The notes under the pieces were generated by a model, which did not search any database, had not been told where the DNA came from, and saw nothing but the letters and a program-made list of their open reading frames with translations. Both the position numbers and the translations under genes were made by a program. From Alphaproteobacteria bacterium (GTDB lineage Bacteria; Pseudomonadota; Alphaproteobacteria; RF32; CAG-239), in assembly GCA_017635595.1 (NCBI GenBank), contig JAGBLF010000026.1:3008-67007 (forward strand): 64,000 bases of DNA, written 5' to 3'. The number at the start of each line of letters is the position of its first letter. Position 1 is the stretch's first letter. Below are positions 28,401 to 40,200 of the stretch, piece after piece.

Positions 28401-28599
28401 ATAATATTTTTAACATTTTGAAACAATTTATGAAACAAAGGAATAACCGCGGTTTTACACCTAAAGGTTAAGTAAACGTAAATAAACAAGGGCTTTTTCT
28501 GATAAAAATTTGCTTGACTATTGGGTTTTATAGTTCTAAAGTTAGGGCGTTACTATACGAAAGTATATTGTTGTTCAACAGTAATAAAGGAAAAAACTT

Positions 28600-29214
28600 A
28601 TGAAAAAATTTTTGTTATTAGCCGGTGTGGCTTGCTTATTGAGCGCTAATGCGCAAGCCGGAGTTTCTCAATATGTATCCGGTAAATTGTCTTATGACTT
28701 CAACAAAGTTAAAATGAAAGCTGCTGGTGAAGGCATCAATGATGTAGCTCATGCTAAATTAAACAAAGTTTTGGTTGGTTCTACACACGTTGCTTACGGT
28801 GTTCGTGCCGGCTATGTTCGTGGCGAAATTGAATTGAACAATTCTCGTGACGTTAAACGTAACTGGGTTAAAGATGAAGGTATCGAATTAGAGCACTTCA
28901 GACTTTACAAGCACTCTTTCATGGCTAACGCTTACTTTGATTATTTGACATGCACACCGTGGACACCGTATGTTGGTGCCGGTTTGGGTGTTTCTTACTT
29001 GAAGGCTGACTTCGGCGATGTTGCTAAATCTGTTTACAATTTGGGTTGGCAAGTTATGGGTGGTGTAACCTATGACATTAACTCTAACTGGACTTTGGAT
29101 TTAGGTTATCGTTATGCTGACTTAGGTCGTGTTCGTAAACACATGGACGGTAAGGTTGCTAAAGTTTCTGCTCGTGACCACGAAATTTTGTTCGGTGTAA
29201 GATACGAATTCTAA
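28600..29214 (+). CDS. Small outer-membrane beta-barrel protein (Omp25/OmpW-like size class)
   Basis: Signal peptide ...LSANAQA, alternating amphipathic strands and a terminal GVRYEF. Confidence 0.75.
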   Translation: MKKFLLLAGVACLLSANAQAGVSQYVSGKLSYDFNKVKMKAAGEGINDVAHAKLNKVLVGSTHVAYGVRAGYVRGEIELNNSRDVKRNWVKDEGIELEHFRLYKHSFMANAYFDYLTCTPWTPYVGAGLGVSYLKADFGDVAKSVYNLGWQVMGGVTYDINSNWTLDLGYRYADLGRVRKHMDGKVAKVSARDHEILFGVRYEF

Positions 29215-29240
29215 TCGGCTAAATAGCAGATTATTTGAAA

Positions 29241-29269
29241 AGAGGTGCCAAGCGGTGCCTCTTTTTTTT
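29241..29269 (+). terminator. Terminator after the OMP gene
   Basis: agaggtgcc (29241-29249) / ggtgcctct (29254-29262) with two G-U pairs, followed by a T-run. Confidence 0.65.
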
Positions 29270-29369
29270 GTGTATTGTCACAATTCGTAATTTTTTGTGT
29301 GTTGCGACATAACTAAAAAAGATGTAAATTTCATACCAGTTGAAACAATTTTAATAAGGACAATGAAAT

Positions 29370-30530
29370 ATGACGAATAAACCAAGTGATCCGATTTATC
29401 TTTTTGACTGCAAAACCACGCAACAAGTTATCGGACAGGAAAAATTTTTAGAATCATTCAAAACCATTTTAAACCACGGCGGTTACTGCCAAGGTCCGGA
29501 AACCAAGGAGTTAGATCAAAAACTTGCCGAATACTGCGGTTCCAAATATTGTTCGACCAACGGTTCGGGTACCGATGCTTTAACTTTGGGCTTAATGGCT
29601 TGGGGCGTTAAACCGGGTGATGCCGTATTCGTTTCGTCGTTTACATTTGTTGCTTCGGCCGAAGCACCGGTTATTTTGGGGGCCACTCCGATTTTCGTAG
29701 ACTCTGATCCGGATACCTACAATATGGACCCTGAAGACTTGAAACGCGCCATTGCTCAGGTTAAAGCCGAAGGTAAATTGAACCTGAAAGCCGTTGTTGC
29801 CGTTGATATTTTCGGTTCGCCTTGCAACTATGATGAAATTATCAAAATTGCCCATGAAAACGGCATGAAAGTTATGGCCGATTCGTGCCAAAGCTTCGGT
29901 TCGGTATACCATGGCAAAAAAGCCGGTTCAATTGCCGATATGACCGCAACTTCTTTCTACCCGACAAAGCCGCTCGGCGGTTATGGTGACGGCGGTGCAA
30001 CATTCTGCAGAACCGAAGAAGAAAATGCTTTGGTTCAATCTTGCCGCGTTCACGGTATGAGCCCTGAAGACCACTATGATAACGTTCGTTTGGGCATGAC
30101 AGGCCGTATGAACTCTTTCCAGGGTGCTGTTTTGTTATTAAAAATGACGGTATTTGATGAAGAATTGAAAAACAGATATCGTGTTGCCAAACGCTATGAC
30201 AACGAACTCAGCTCTTACTACGGCAAGCAAAAGATTTTGGACAACTGTCAATCGGCTTACGCATTATACACCATTCATTGCGAAGACAGAGATGAATTAA
30301 TGGCTTACTTAAAAGCTAACGGTATTCCATGCGGCGCTTACTATCCGAGACCTGTTAACACACAGACAGCTTATGCTAAGTGGAACACACGTTCTTTACC
30401 GGTTTGCGAAAAATTATCCAAGACCGTTTGCAGTATTCCGATGACTCCGTATTTAACTGACGAACAGTTAGACTACATCATCGAGAAGATGAACGAATTT
30501 GCCGCAACAAAAATGAAAAAAGCCGCATAA
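29370..30530 (+). CDS. DegT/DnrJ/EryC1/StrS family sugar aminotransferase
   Basis: GSGTDALTLGL, FVSSFTFVASAEA, and an SFYPTKPLG lysine motif. Confidence 0.85.
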   Translation: MTNKPSDPIYLFDCKTTQQVIGQEKFLESFKTILNHGGYCQGPETKELDQKLAEYCGSKYCSTNGSGTDALTLGLMAWGVKPGDAVFVSSFTFVASAEAPVILGATPIFVDSDPDTYNMDPEDLKRAIAQVKAEGKLNLKAVVAVDIFGSPCNYDEIIKIAHENGMKVMADSCQSFGSVYHGKKAGSIADMTATSFYPTKPLGGYGDGGATFCRTEEENALVQSCRVHGMSPEDHYDNVRLGMTGRMNSFQGAVLLLKMTVFDEELKNRYRVAKRYDNELSSYYGKQKILDNCQSAYALYTIHCEDRDELMAYLKANGIPCGAYYPRPVNTQTAYAKWNTRSLPVCEKLSKTVCSIPMTPYLTDEQLDYIIEKMNEFAATKMKKAA

Positions 30531-30549
30531 TTTCGTTGATTTTGCAAAA

Positions 30550-30578
30550 AGGCAGCCCGACAACAGGCTGCCTTTTTT
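30550..30578. terminator. Bidirectional terminator between convergent genes
   Basis: aggcagcc (30550-30557) / ggctgcct (30566-30573), flanked by an A-run and a T-run. Confidence 0.7.
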
Positions 30579-30589
30579 ATATATTCATT

Positions 30590-31180
30590 TCAGTCTTTGA
30601 AATAGTAATTGGGAATCCGATCGAATTTATCTTTTAATTTTTGATACGCTTCGGAAATCTGTTTAAACTTTTCCTCGGCATTTTGGTCTTCTTTATTAAT
30701 ATCCGGATGATATTTTTTTGCCATTTTTTTATATTGCTTTTTCAAATTTTCGGGATTGATTTCTTTAAGGCTCATTTCCAAAACCTGCACGTATTTGCGC
30801 TCTTCAACGGTAAAATAAATGCCGTCGTCCGAATATTCGCCGTTACTGTCCGAATTGCGTGTATAACCGGTATCAAAAAACGATGCATCTTCCCATAAAT
30901 CATATCCGAACTGATAATGGATTTTGGATTTATAGCCCTGACGAAAGTGCATCCGGCGTTTTATTTCTTCAGCCTCTTCATCGGGATTGGTGCCGTCATA
31001 GTAATTCCACTTGGCATTATATTCTTGAACGTGCTTAAGACAAAACCAATAATACTCCTTCAAGCGTCTGTCTTTCGGCGCACGATATTCACCCTTTTCG
31101 GTGCACCCCGGATGATCACACCGGTGGGCTTCATTTTCGTTTTGCGGCGCATAATATTTCTTGGTACGTTTAATCATCAA
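30590..31180 (-). CDS. J-domain protein with N-terminal Cys/His-rich region
   Basis: C-terminal J domain ([33 protein letters not shown]). N-terminal CDHPGC...[17 protein letters not shown]. Confidence 0.7.
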   Translation of the reverse strand: MMIKRTKKYYAPQNENEAHRCDHPGCTEKGEYRAPKDRRLKEYYWFCLKHVQEYNAKWNYYDGTNPDEEAEEIKRRMHFRQGYKSKIHYQFGYDLWEDASFFDTGYTRNSDSNGEYSDDGIYFTVEERKYVQVLEMSLKEINPENLKKQYKKMAKKYHPDINKEDQNAEEKFKQISEAYQKLKDKFDRIPNYYFKD

Positions 31181-31286
31181 TTCTTTCTTTCAAGCACTTT
31201 TACCAATGTAACCCTGTTTATAAACAAAGGCAAGAAATTTGCAAAATATTTTTGCTAAGATATCATATCGCTAAAGGAGAGAATTT

Positions 31287-32126
31287 ATGCCCGAATTACC
31301 GGAAGTTGAAACTATTAAAAATACCGTAGCCGCAGCCGTTGACGGTGCCGTTATCCTTAATGTAATCGTTAATCAGCCTAAATTGCGCTTGCCTGTTCCG
31401 AACGATTTTACAAAGCAAATCGTCGGTGCTCGAATCGAATCATTTAAACGAATCGCCAAATATATGCTGATAAACTTAAATAACGGACAAACGATAATCT
31501 GGCATTTCGGGATGAGCGGTAAAATTAAAATCAAATCGCAAATGCCGACAACCTTTGAAAAGCATGACCATTTAATTATCGAAACCGACAAAGGTACGCT
31601 TATTTATAACGATCCGCGGCGATTCGGTTTGGTTGTTCTTTGCGAATCCGATAAAATAAAACAGCATAAATTATTTGCCGATTTGGGACCTGATCCGTGG
31701 GATAAAGAATTTAATACCGAGTATCTTTTGCAAAAATTTAAGAATAAAAAAGCGGCGATTAAAGTTGCTCTTCTGAATCAAACCATTGTATGCGGAATCG
31801 GTAATATCTATGCTTCCGAAATTTTGTACTACGCGCGAATCCTGCCGAATCGAACATCCGAATCGATTACAAAAGCCGAAGCCGAGCTTATTGTAAAATT
31901 TACCCGCCAAGTTTTAGAAGAAGCAATTGAAGCCGGCGGTTCAACGATTCATGATTACAAAAAACCTGACGGTGATATAGGATATTTTCAACAAAAACAT
32001 TGCGTTTATAATAAAACGGGGCAAAAATGTCCTCAATGCCGTTGCAATATCCGCAAAACCGGCGGTATACAAAAAACGGTTTTAGGCGGTCGTTCGACTT
32101 TTTATTGCAACACTTTGCAAAAATAG
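31287..32126 (+). CDS. mutM: Formamidopyrimidine-DNA glycosylase
   Basis: MPELPEVET N-terminus, H2TH region and a C-terminal zinc finger CPQC...RSTFYC. Confidence 0.95.
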   Translation: MPELPEVETIKNTVAAAVDGAVILNVIVNQPKLRLPVPNDFTKQIVGARIESFKRIAKYMLINLNNGQTIIWHFGMSGKIKIKSQMPTTFEKHDHLIIETDKGTLIYNDPRRFGLVVLCESDKIKQHKLFADLGPDPWDKEFNTEYLLQKFKNKKAAIKVALLNQTIVCGIGNIYASEILYYARILPNRTSESITKAEAELIVKFTRQVLEEAIEAGGSTIHDYKKPDGDIGYFQQKHCVYNKTGQKCPQCRCNIRKTGGIQKTVLGGRSTFYCNTLQK

Positions 32127-32136
32127 GAGATGTGTT

Positions 32137-32532
32137 ATGCGTAAAATTATAAGCACCTTTATCTTTGCGGCTTTATTGCTGTTAGCTCATCAGGCGAAAG
32201 CAACGCAATTTATCGACGGTATGGAAGATGTCCCGTTGCCGGACGGTATGGCACAAATCACCCAAGACGATTTTTCGTTCGGTAATGAAGAAACGCGTCT
32301 GTTGGAAGCGCATCTGACGGAAATCCGTTCCTCAAAAAAATCGAAGTATCCTAAAATAACTTTTTCAAAAATCGGTAATTTTTATCAGGAATCGTTGCCG
32401 CAACTCGGTTGGATCTATCAGGGGAATCGGGGAAATAACCTGTTATTTTACCGCGACGGCGAGACGTTGGAAGTGGTCAGAGAATCCGTTTCTCCCTTAA
32501 TTGTACGCATTACGGTCAAAACAAAGCCGTAA
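32137..32532 (+). CDS. Secreted hypothetical protein
   Basis: GGAG RBS and signal peptide ...LLLAHQAKA. No family recognised. Confidence 0.55.
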   Translation: MRKIISTFIFAALLLLAHQAKATQFIDGMEDVPLPDGMAQITQDDFSFGNEETRLLEAHLTEIRSSKKSKYPKITFSKIGNFYQESLPQLGWIYQGNRGNNLLFYRDGETLEVVRESVSPLIVRITVKTKP

Positions 32533-32633
32533 AATCATAAAAAATGTAAATTTTTAGTTGACTTTATACCTTTGTCGTGGTTATAACATTCTCCAGAATA
32601 TATTTGTATTAACAGTTTTATAGGAAGAAAAAT

Positions 32634-32894
32634 ATGGCCAATCATAAATCGGCAAAAACAAGAATAGTAAGAAATAATAAGCGTGCCGTTATTAACGGTG
32701 CTCGCAGAAGTCGTGTCAGAACATTCGTTAAAGCAGTTGATGCTTTAATCGCAGCTAAAGATAAAGAAGGCGCAGCTAATGCTTTCAAAACTGCTGAATG
32801 TGAAATGATGAGAGCTGCTCAAAAAGGTATCTTTAAAAAGAATATGGCTTCTCGTACTATTTCTCGTTTAGCTCAAAAAATTAAAGCTCTTTAA
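32634..32894 (+). CDS. rpsT: 30S ribosomal protein S20
   Basis: MANHKSAKTRIVRNNKRAVINGARRSRVRT is the typical S20 N-terminus. 86 aa. Confidence 0.95.
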   Translation: MANHKSAKTRIVRNNKRAVINGARRSRVRTFVKAVDALIAAKDKEGAANAFKTAECEMMRAAQKGIFKKNMASRTISRLAQKIKAL

Positions 32895-32924
32895 TTTTCA
32901 TTAAAGACTTACACAACTAAAAAA

Positions 32925-32964
32925 ATGCAAATCGATTCCGATGGGTATTGATTTGCATTTTTTT
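32925..32964 (+). terminator. Terminator after rpsT
   Basis: atgcaaatc (32925-32933) / gatttgcat (32950-32958) followed by tttttt. Confidence 0.7.
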
Positions 32965-33310
32965 GTGTAAATTCATAGTGTTACACTACGACTCTATGAA
33001 AATACGTTGTCAAGATATTTAATTGCAATGTTCCTAAAATGTTCTATTGAATTTTATTTTTTTATTCGTTAAAAATTTATTTACGTTCTCACTGATGTGA
33101 AAAAATCGAATCTTAAAGATTTGGAGTTTAGGTGAAACAAATTGTTTGGTGTTTTATTCTGATGTCTCTTAAAATATTTTAAGCCGAGCGGTTTAAATAT
33201 AGGGAACAGGCGGGATAAAATGCAGAACCTTTCAGTACCGATACGAATGAACAATAATGCGTGCTGAAAATTTGTTTTGTAGTGGTAATTTTTAGATATG
33301 GACAGGAAAT

Positions 33311-34735
33311 ATGGCTGAAGAAGCAATCTATAATGAATTAGAATTATCAATTAACGAACAATGGGATGAAATTTGTAACCAATTAAAAATGGAATTCGGT
33401 GCAACCGCTTTTGACAGTTGGTTGAAACCTCTGAGTATCAGCTCTTTTGATGACGGTGTTATGAATATATGTGCACCGACGACCTTTATGAAAAACTGGG
33501 TTATCGCACACTATTCCGACAGAATTCACCGTATTTGGGAAAGAAAGAATCCGGCAATCAAACAAGTCAACTTTATTGTGCAAAATCTTTCGTCCGGAAC
33601 AACCAATAATATTGATAATTCACTGATTAAGCGCGTTCCGTCGACACCGACTTCACAAAGTTTATACAGCTTTAGTAATGTTGCCAATACCTATAACGAA
33701 TCAGAATCTTACTTCGGTTCTAAATTAAATACGGCTTACACTTTCGATAACTTTGTTGTCGGCAAAACAAATGAATTTGCTTATGCGGCCGCACGCAAAG
33801 TTGCCGAATCCAGAAACATTTCTTTTAATCCGCTTTTTTTGTATTCCGGTGTCGGCTTGGGCAAAACACACTTAATGCACGCTATTGCGCAGCACATTAA
33901 ACAAAATGATCCGTCACGCACCGTTGTATATATTTCGGCCGAACAATTCTTGTATAAATTTGTTAATGCTTTGCGCTACAAAGATACCGATGCTTTCAAA
34001 GAGCAGTTCCGTTCGGTTGACGTTTTGATGATTGATGATGTTCAGTTTTTGGCCAACAAAACCAAAACTCAGGATGAATTTTTCTACACTTTTACATCTT
34101 TAATCGAAAGCGGAAAACAGATTATTCTCTCGGCAGATAAATCTCCGAATGATTTGGATGGTATCGAGTCGCGCTTAAAGTCACGTTTAAACAGCGGCTT
34201 GGTCGCCGATATTATGCCGACCGACTTTGATTTAAGATTGGGCATTTTGCATAAAAAAGCCGAACAGCTCGGAATTACCTTGCCGGAAAACGTTGCCGTA
34301 TTTTTAGCGCAAAAGATTACAGCCAGCACCCGTGAACTGGAAGGTTCATTAAAACGAATCGCCGCTCATTGTATGTTGCTCTCCGGTCATGAAATCACTC
34401 TTGATATGACTCAAGATGTTTTGAAAGACATGCTCCGTTCGATTGACCGCAAAACAACGATTGATGAAATTCAAAAGAAAGTCGCCGAATACTTCAACAT
34501 TTCGGTTAAGGAAATGCAATCTTCCCGTCGTGCCCGCAACGTGGCCAGACCACGCCAGATAGCCATGTATTTGGCTAAACAACTGACATCACGTTCATTA
34601 CCGGAAATCGGCCGCAAGTTTGACCGCGATCATACCACCGTTATGCACGCCGTTCGCAAGGTTGAAGAATTAATTATCGAAGACACCTCTATGTCCGAAA
34701 GTATTGAAGCTTTGCGTCACTTACTTGAAAACTAA
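33311..34735 (+). CDS. dnaA: Chromosomal replication initiator DnaA
   Basis: Walker A GVGLGKTHL, box VII/sensor regions and a C-terminal DNA-binding helix (DHTTVMHA). Confidence 0.97.
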   Translation: MAEEAIYNELELSINEQWDEICNQLKMEFGATAFDSWLKPLSISSFDDGVMNICAPTTFMKNWVIAHYSDRIHRIWERKNPAIKQVNFIVQNLSSGTTNNIDNSLIKRVPSTPTSQSLYSFSNVANTYNESESYFGSKLNTAYTFDNFVVGKTNEFAYAAARKVAESRNISFNPLFLYSGVGLGKTHLMHAIAQHIKQNDPSRTVVYISAEQFLYKFVNALRYKDTDAFKEQFRSVDVLMIDDVQFLANKTKTQDEFFYTFTSLIESGKQIILSADKSPNDLDGIESRLKSRLNSGLVADIMPTDFDLRLGILHKKAEQLGITLPENVAVFLAQKITASTRELEGSLKRIAAHCMLLSGHEITLDMTQDVLKDMLRSIDRKTTIDEIQKKVAEYFNISVKEMQSSRRARNVARPRQIAMYLAKQLTSRSLPEIGRKFDRDHTTVMHAVRKVEELIIEDTSMSESIEALRHLLEN

Positions 34736-34825
34736 AAAAGCTGTTGAATACTCGTTTTTTTAGTTTCTGATTCCGCCGTATATTTGGTATTTTGGTGTTA
34801 CAGATAATTTTTAGGTGATAAAGAA

Positions 34826-35944
34826 ATGAAATTTGCTATTGAAAAATCAGTTTTATTAAAAACTTTAGGTCATGTACAAAACATTGTTGAACGCAGAAAC
34901 ACGGTTCCGGTTTTATCCAACGTCAGAATCGAAGCAGATAACAAGGGTATCAGCTTTAAGGCAACCGATATGGATATTGAAATTACCGAAATCGTTGATG
35001 CAAAAATTTTGGAAAACGGCGCCATTACCGCTCCGGCACACATGCTGTATGATATTGTCAGAAAACTCTCGGACGGCGCAGATGTCGAACTTGTTTATCC
35101 GGATGAAAAAGAACAATTGGCCATTGTATCCGGTCGTTCAAAATTTTCTTTACCGACTATCGGGGTTGAAGATTTTCCGGCTATTTCGACCGACAGCTTG
35201 CCGACAAACTTCTCTATGAAATGCGAAGAATTAAAAGATGTTATAGACCGTACACAATTCGCCGCTTCTACAGAAGAAACCAGATACTATTTGAACGGTT
35301 TATATATTCATCCGAAAGATGAAGGCGAAACAAAGGTTTTGCGCATTGTTGCCACCGACGGCCATAGACTTGCCTGTGTCGAAACGCCATTGCCTGCAGG
35401 ATCAGAAAATATGGAAGGCGTTATTTTGCCGCGTAAAACCGTTGGTGAAATTTGCAAACTTCTCGATGATACGTCTGTCGAGTCGGTTCAAATTTCTTTA
35501 TCCGACAGCAAGGTCCGCTTTATGCTCGAAGATATTACATTGGCTTCTAAATTAATTGACGGAACTTATCCGGATTACGAACGCGTTATTCCAACGAACA
35601 ACCACAAAATTTTACAAATCAATGTTAAGGAATTATCCAAAGCGGTTGACCGCGTGTCGGTTGTGGCTGAAAGAACACGCGCTATCAAAATGATTGCCAA
35701 TAAAAATCATGTTATATTGACAACCTCCAGTCCGGATTTAGGCAGTGCCATTGAAGAAATTGAAGCTTCTTATGACAGCGAATCACTTGAAATCGGCTAC
35801 AATTTCAGATATTTGTTGGATATCTTAAACGAAATTAAAGGTGAAACGGTTGAATTCAGTTTCAGTGACAGTGCATCACCTTCGGTTATTCATGATATTT
35901 CCGGCTCCGGCGCACTTTATGTATTAATGCCTATGAGAGTTTGA
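34826..35944 (+). CDS. dnaN: DNA polymerase III beta sliding clamp
   Basis: 372 aa with a three-domain clamp pattern and a terminal LMPMRV. Confidence 0.95.
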   Translation: MKFAIEKSVLLKTLGHVQNIVERRNTVPVLSNVRIEADNKGISFKATDMDIEITEIVDAKILENGAITAPAHMLYDIVRKLSDGADVELVYPDEKEQLAIVSGRSKFSLPTIGVEDFPAISTDSLPTNFSMKCEELKDVIDRTQFAASTEETRYYLNGLYIHPKDEGETKVLRIVATDGHRLACVETPLPAGSENMEGVILPRKTVGEICKLLDDTSVESVQISLSDSKVRFMLEDITLASKLIDGTYPDYERVIPTNNHKILQINVKELSKAVDRVSVVAERTRAIKMIANKNHVILTTSSPDLGSAIEEIEASYDSESLEIGYNFRYLLDILNEIKGETVEFSFSDSASPSVIHDISGSGALYVLMPMRV

Positions 35945-37158
35945 TATTGAGTGAGTTAGCCGCAAAATTACAAAATATAACCAGGTTAAAGTCAGGTATT
36001 CAACGCCTGACTTTAACTGACTTTAGGAATTATAAAAATCTGCGGATTAACGCCGAAATAACGCCTATCATTATTACCGGTGAAAACGGTTCGGGCAAAA
36101 CCAATATTTTAGAGGCCATATCTTTTTTAACACCGGGACGCGGTTTACGCAGTGCCAAACTCAGTGACATCAAACGAATCCGCTCATCTGATGAAGATGA
36201 AAATATTTTGGCCGGTAATGCCTGGACGGTTGCCGCCGATATTTTGAAAAATGACGAAGAGTTTACAGTCGGTACGGCTTTGCAAAAAGTAACACGCGAA
36301 GACACAGAGGATGAAAATCTGCACAGTATCGATCGGCGAATCGTTAAAATTAATCAACAAAAGATTACCCAACAAGCCGAACTCGGAAAATACATATCGG
36401 CAATATGGATTACCCCGCAAATGGATCGTCTCTTTTTAGGCGGCCCTCAGCCGCGCCGCAGTTTTTTAGATCGTCTGGTTTATGCGTTTGATTTAGAACA
36501 CGCCAAGCGCACCGCTAACTTTGAGCATCTGTACCGACAATGGATGCAGCTCATTAAATCAGGCTGTCAGGATAACACTTGGTTACAGTCAATTGAGGCG
36601 GATATGGCGGCTTTAGGTGTTGCGATTGCGGCAGCACGTCGTGAACAAATCGCCCGTTTAAATACGTTTATCACACACGAACCGGATGATATTTTTCCGG
36701 ATGTCCGGTTGGAACTTGCCGGCACGATTGAACAAATGCTGGATGAAAAAGCGGCTATAAAAGTTGAAGATTTTTATAGCGAAAATTTAAGAAAACAACG
36801 GCAAAATGTTTTGTATAATGATAACATCGACGGCGTTAACCGTACAGACTTTAAGGTTTTCTTCAAAAAGAAAAATATGCCGGCCGAACTCTGTTCAACC
36901 GGCGAACAAAAGGCCCTCTTGGTCAGTATTATTTTGGCGCAAACCAAGTGCCAGATTTTGGATAAAGGATTTGCCCCTATTCTTCTGCTTGACGAAGTGA
37001 CAACGCACTTGGATACCCAAAAACGCGATGCTTTACTGACTAAAATAAAGGATCTTAATTTGCAGGCATGGATAACATCTACCGAACCGCAGAATTTTAA
37101 ATTGCTTGAAAATGAGGCTCAATTTTTCCAAATTGAAAACGGCACACTTATTCAATAG
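35941..37158 (+). CDS. recF: DNA replication/repair protein RecF
   Basis: LTDFRNY, Walker A GENGSGKTNILEAI, signature STGEQK, and LLLDEV. TTG start overlaps the dnaN stop (TTGA). Confidence 0.9.
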   Translation: MILSELAAKLQNITRLKSGIQRLTLTDFRNYKNLRINAEITPIIITGENGSGKTNILEAISFLTPGRGLRSAKLSDIKRIRSSDEDENILAGNAWTVAADILKNDEEFTVGTALQKVTREDTEDENLHSIDRRIVKINQQKITQQAELGKYISAIWITPQMDRLFLGGPQPRRSFLDRLVYAFDLEHAKRTANFEHLYRQWMQLIKSGCQDNTWLQSIEADMAALGVAIAAARREQIARLNTFITHEPDDIFPDVRLELAGTIEQMLDEKAAIKVEDFYSENLRKQRQNVLYNDNIDGVNRTDFKVFFKKKNMPAELCSTGEQKALLVSIILAQTKCQILDKGFAPILLLDEVTTHLDTQKRDALLTKIKDLNLQAWITSTEPQNFKLLENEAQFFQIENGTLIQ

Positions 37159-37258
37159 CTTTCATCTTGATTTTTATGCATAAATAGCGTAGCATAATGG
37201 CAATAACGCTATCATTATGTAAGTTTGCTATCATTAATCCGCATGTAATTATCCGCCT

Positions 37259-37666
37259 ATGAATACAACTTATCTTTACAGTCTGCTTAAACAGTTTTCG
37301 TGTCGGCCACTGGAATGTCTGACACACAAAAAACTCGAAAAGCTTTATGGAATTTTACTTAATTTTTTGTTGGAGCACGACGAAGAACTGAGTGATGAAG
37401 TTCATAACCTTTTGGAACAGAGCATCGAAGCGATTGCCCGTGAGTTGGAACGTCAAGACAAAAAACTGCATGGTCTTGCCAAACAATTGATTAAAGATCC
37501 GGGAGCGGTTGAATTGATTTTATCGCAAATGACTTTAGAAGAACTTTTGGAAGCTGAAAAGCGCGGATCAAAAATCAAACCGTTGGCGCTCCGCCAACAA
37601 TTTGCCAATATGGTTTTGCGCAGTATGCAAAATTTGGTTAACCCGTACAGTTTTCCTCCATGTTAA
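37259..37666 (+). CDS. Hypothetical helical protein
   Basis: 135-aa ORF with backbone-like codon usage. No family recognised. Confidence 0.45.
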   Translation: MNTTYLYSLLKQFSCRPLECLTHKKLEKLYGILLNFLLEHDEELSDEVHNLLEQSIEAIARELERQDKKLHGLAKQLIKDPGAVELILSQMTLEELLEAEKRGSKIKPLALRQQFANMVLRSMQNLVNPYSFPPC

Positions 37667-37670
37667 AAAA

Positions 37671-37701
37671 AGAGAAGCTTAAAAAAGCTTCTCTTTTTTT
37701 G
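37671..37701. terminator. Bidirectional terminator between 37259-37666 and eno
   Basis: agagaagctt (37671-37680) / aagcttctct (37685-37694), flanked by an A-run and a T-run. Confidence 0.75.
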
Positions 37702-37720
37702 TTATCAAATCTGTTACAGA

Positions 37721-39007
<1,287 letters not shown>

Positions 39008-39142
39008 CTATTCATAAGTTTTAAGTGTTGGCTATAACTTAGTTTATTTTTGGTTAATGTCAAGATAAAACAATGAACGGAGCTCAGATTTAAAAAACTT
39101 AAGGCCTTGGTGTATTTCAACCAAAGCCTTTTAACTAATCTG

Positions 39143-39514
39143 TCAACATAATGCCCAGACTACCGCGCCAATCGCTAAAATTTCGGCGACACAGCCGATA
39201 CCCAAGCACCACCGCGCCAACAAATACTGCACTTCATATTGGAATTGCAAATTGTCGAAACGCACAATCGAGTACCCGTAAAGACACAGCATCAGCACAT
39301 TGAAGAGAATATGCAATCCAATCCAATGGGGCACCCCGCCACTAATCGGCACATCAGGGTACATCAGAATTGCCCACAGGATTACGGCCACTACTATGCC
39401 GCTAAACAAATACTTGATCTTAATCTTCTCATAGTACTTGCTCTCTAACACTCCGCTGAAAGCTGCAAGCGCGCCAAGTGCGGCAAACTCACAGAGAATA
39501 ATAATAAAATCCAT
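39143..39514 (-). CDS. Hypothetical 4-TM membrane protein
   Basis: 123 aa with four hydrophobic segments. Confidence 0.5.
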   Translation of the reverse strand: MDFIIILCEFAALGALAAFSGVLESKYYEKIKIKYLFSGIVVAVILWAILMYPDVPISGGVPHWIGLHILFNVLMLCLYGYSIVRFDNLQFQYEVQYLLARWCLGIGCVAEILAIGAVVWALC

Positions 39515-39650
39515 ACGCAGAACAATTTAAATTAATGATTTGAGAATTGTTTGTATTATACATTTATCCCAAAATTTGTCAAGCCTGCCATATTCTGTTG
39601 AAATCAAAAATTTTTATGCTAAAATCAGTTTGTTGTTTATGGAGGGGCTT

Positions 39651-40112
39651 ATGTTTTCGGAAAAATGGAATTATCGCTTTTTAGAATTGGCTGAACTTAT
39701 TGCCTCATGGTCTAAAGATCCGTCGACTAAAACCGGCGCGGTCGTTGTCGGTCCGGATAAGGAAATCCGCGCAACCGGTTATAACGGTTTGGTTCGCGGC
39801 GTTAAAGATGATGTTCCCGAGCGTATGGAACGCCCGACAAAATATGACTTTTTCGAACATGCCGAGCGTAATGCCGTTTATAATGCCTGCCTGACCGGCA
39901 CATCACTCCGCGACTGCACAATTTATTGCACGCTTACACCATGCACCGATTGTGCCCGCGCTATCATCCAAGCCGGCATCAAAACCGTTGTCACTTATGA
40001 GTTCAAGCTTGATGATAATGATCCTAAAAACACATGGCGCGATAAATTAAATTATTCGGCCGAAATGTTTAAGGAAGCCGGCGTAAACTATATCGCACTA
40101 CCTAAAAGATAA
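39651..40112 (+). CDS. dCMP deaminase family protein
   Basis: Zinc motifs HAERNA and PCTDCARAI. ATG at 39651 is preceded by GGAGGGG; the track ORF starts earlier at 39540. Confidence 0.85.
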   Translation: MFSEKWNYRFLELAELIASWSKDPSTKTGAVVVGPDKEIRATGYNGLVRGVKDDVPERMERPTKYDFFEHAERNAVYNACLTGTSLRDCTIYCTLTPCTDCARAIIQAGIKTVVTYEFKLDDNDPKNTWRDKLNYSAEMFKEAGVNYIALPKR

Positions 40113-40200
40113 CCGAACTATTCTTTATCGAACGTCTTTAAATGCGACTAATCGACAATATATAGTTTGTCGAGTAAAATTCATTTGAAGGAGATTAGTT

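Noticed and set aside
32895-33310. Replication origin (oriC) in the rpsT-dnaA spacer
   Set aside because: The spacer is AT-rich, but I found no cluster of DnaA boxes. The best candidates have 2-3 mismatches to TTATCCACA. In Alphaproteobacteria the origin is often not next to dnaA. This needs a formal box search and a GC-skew analysis.
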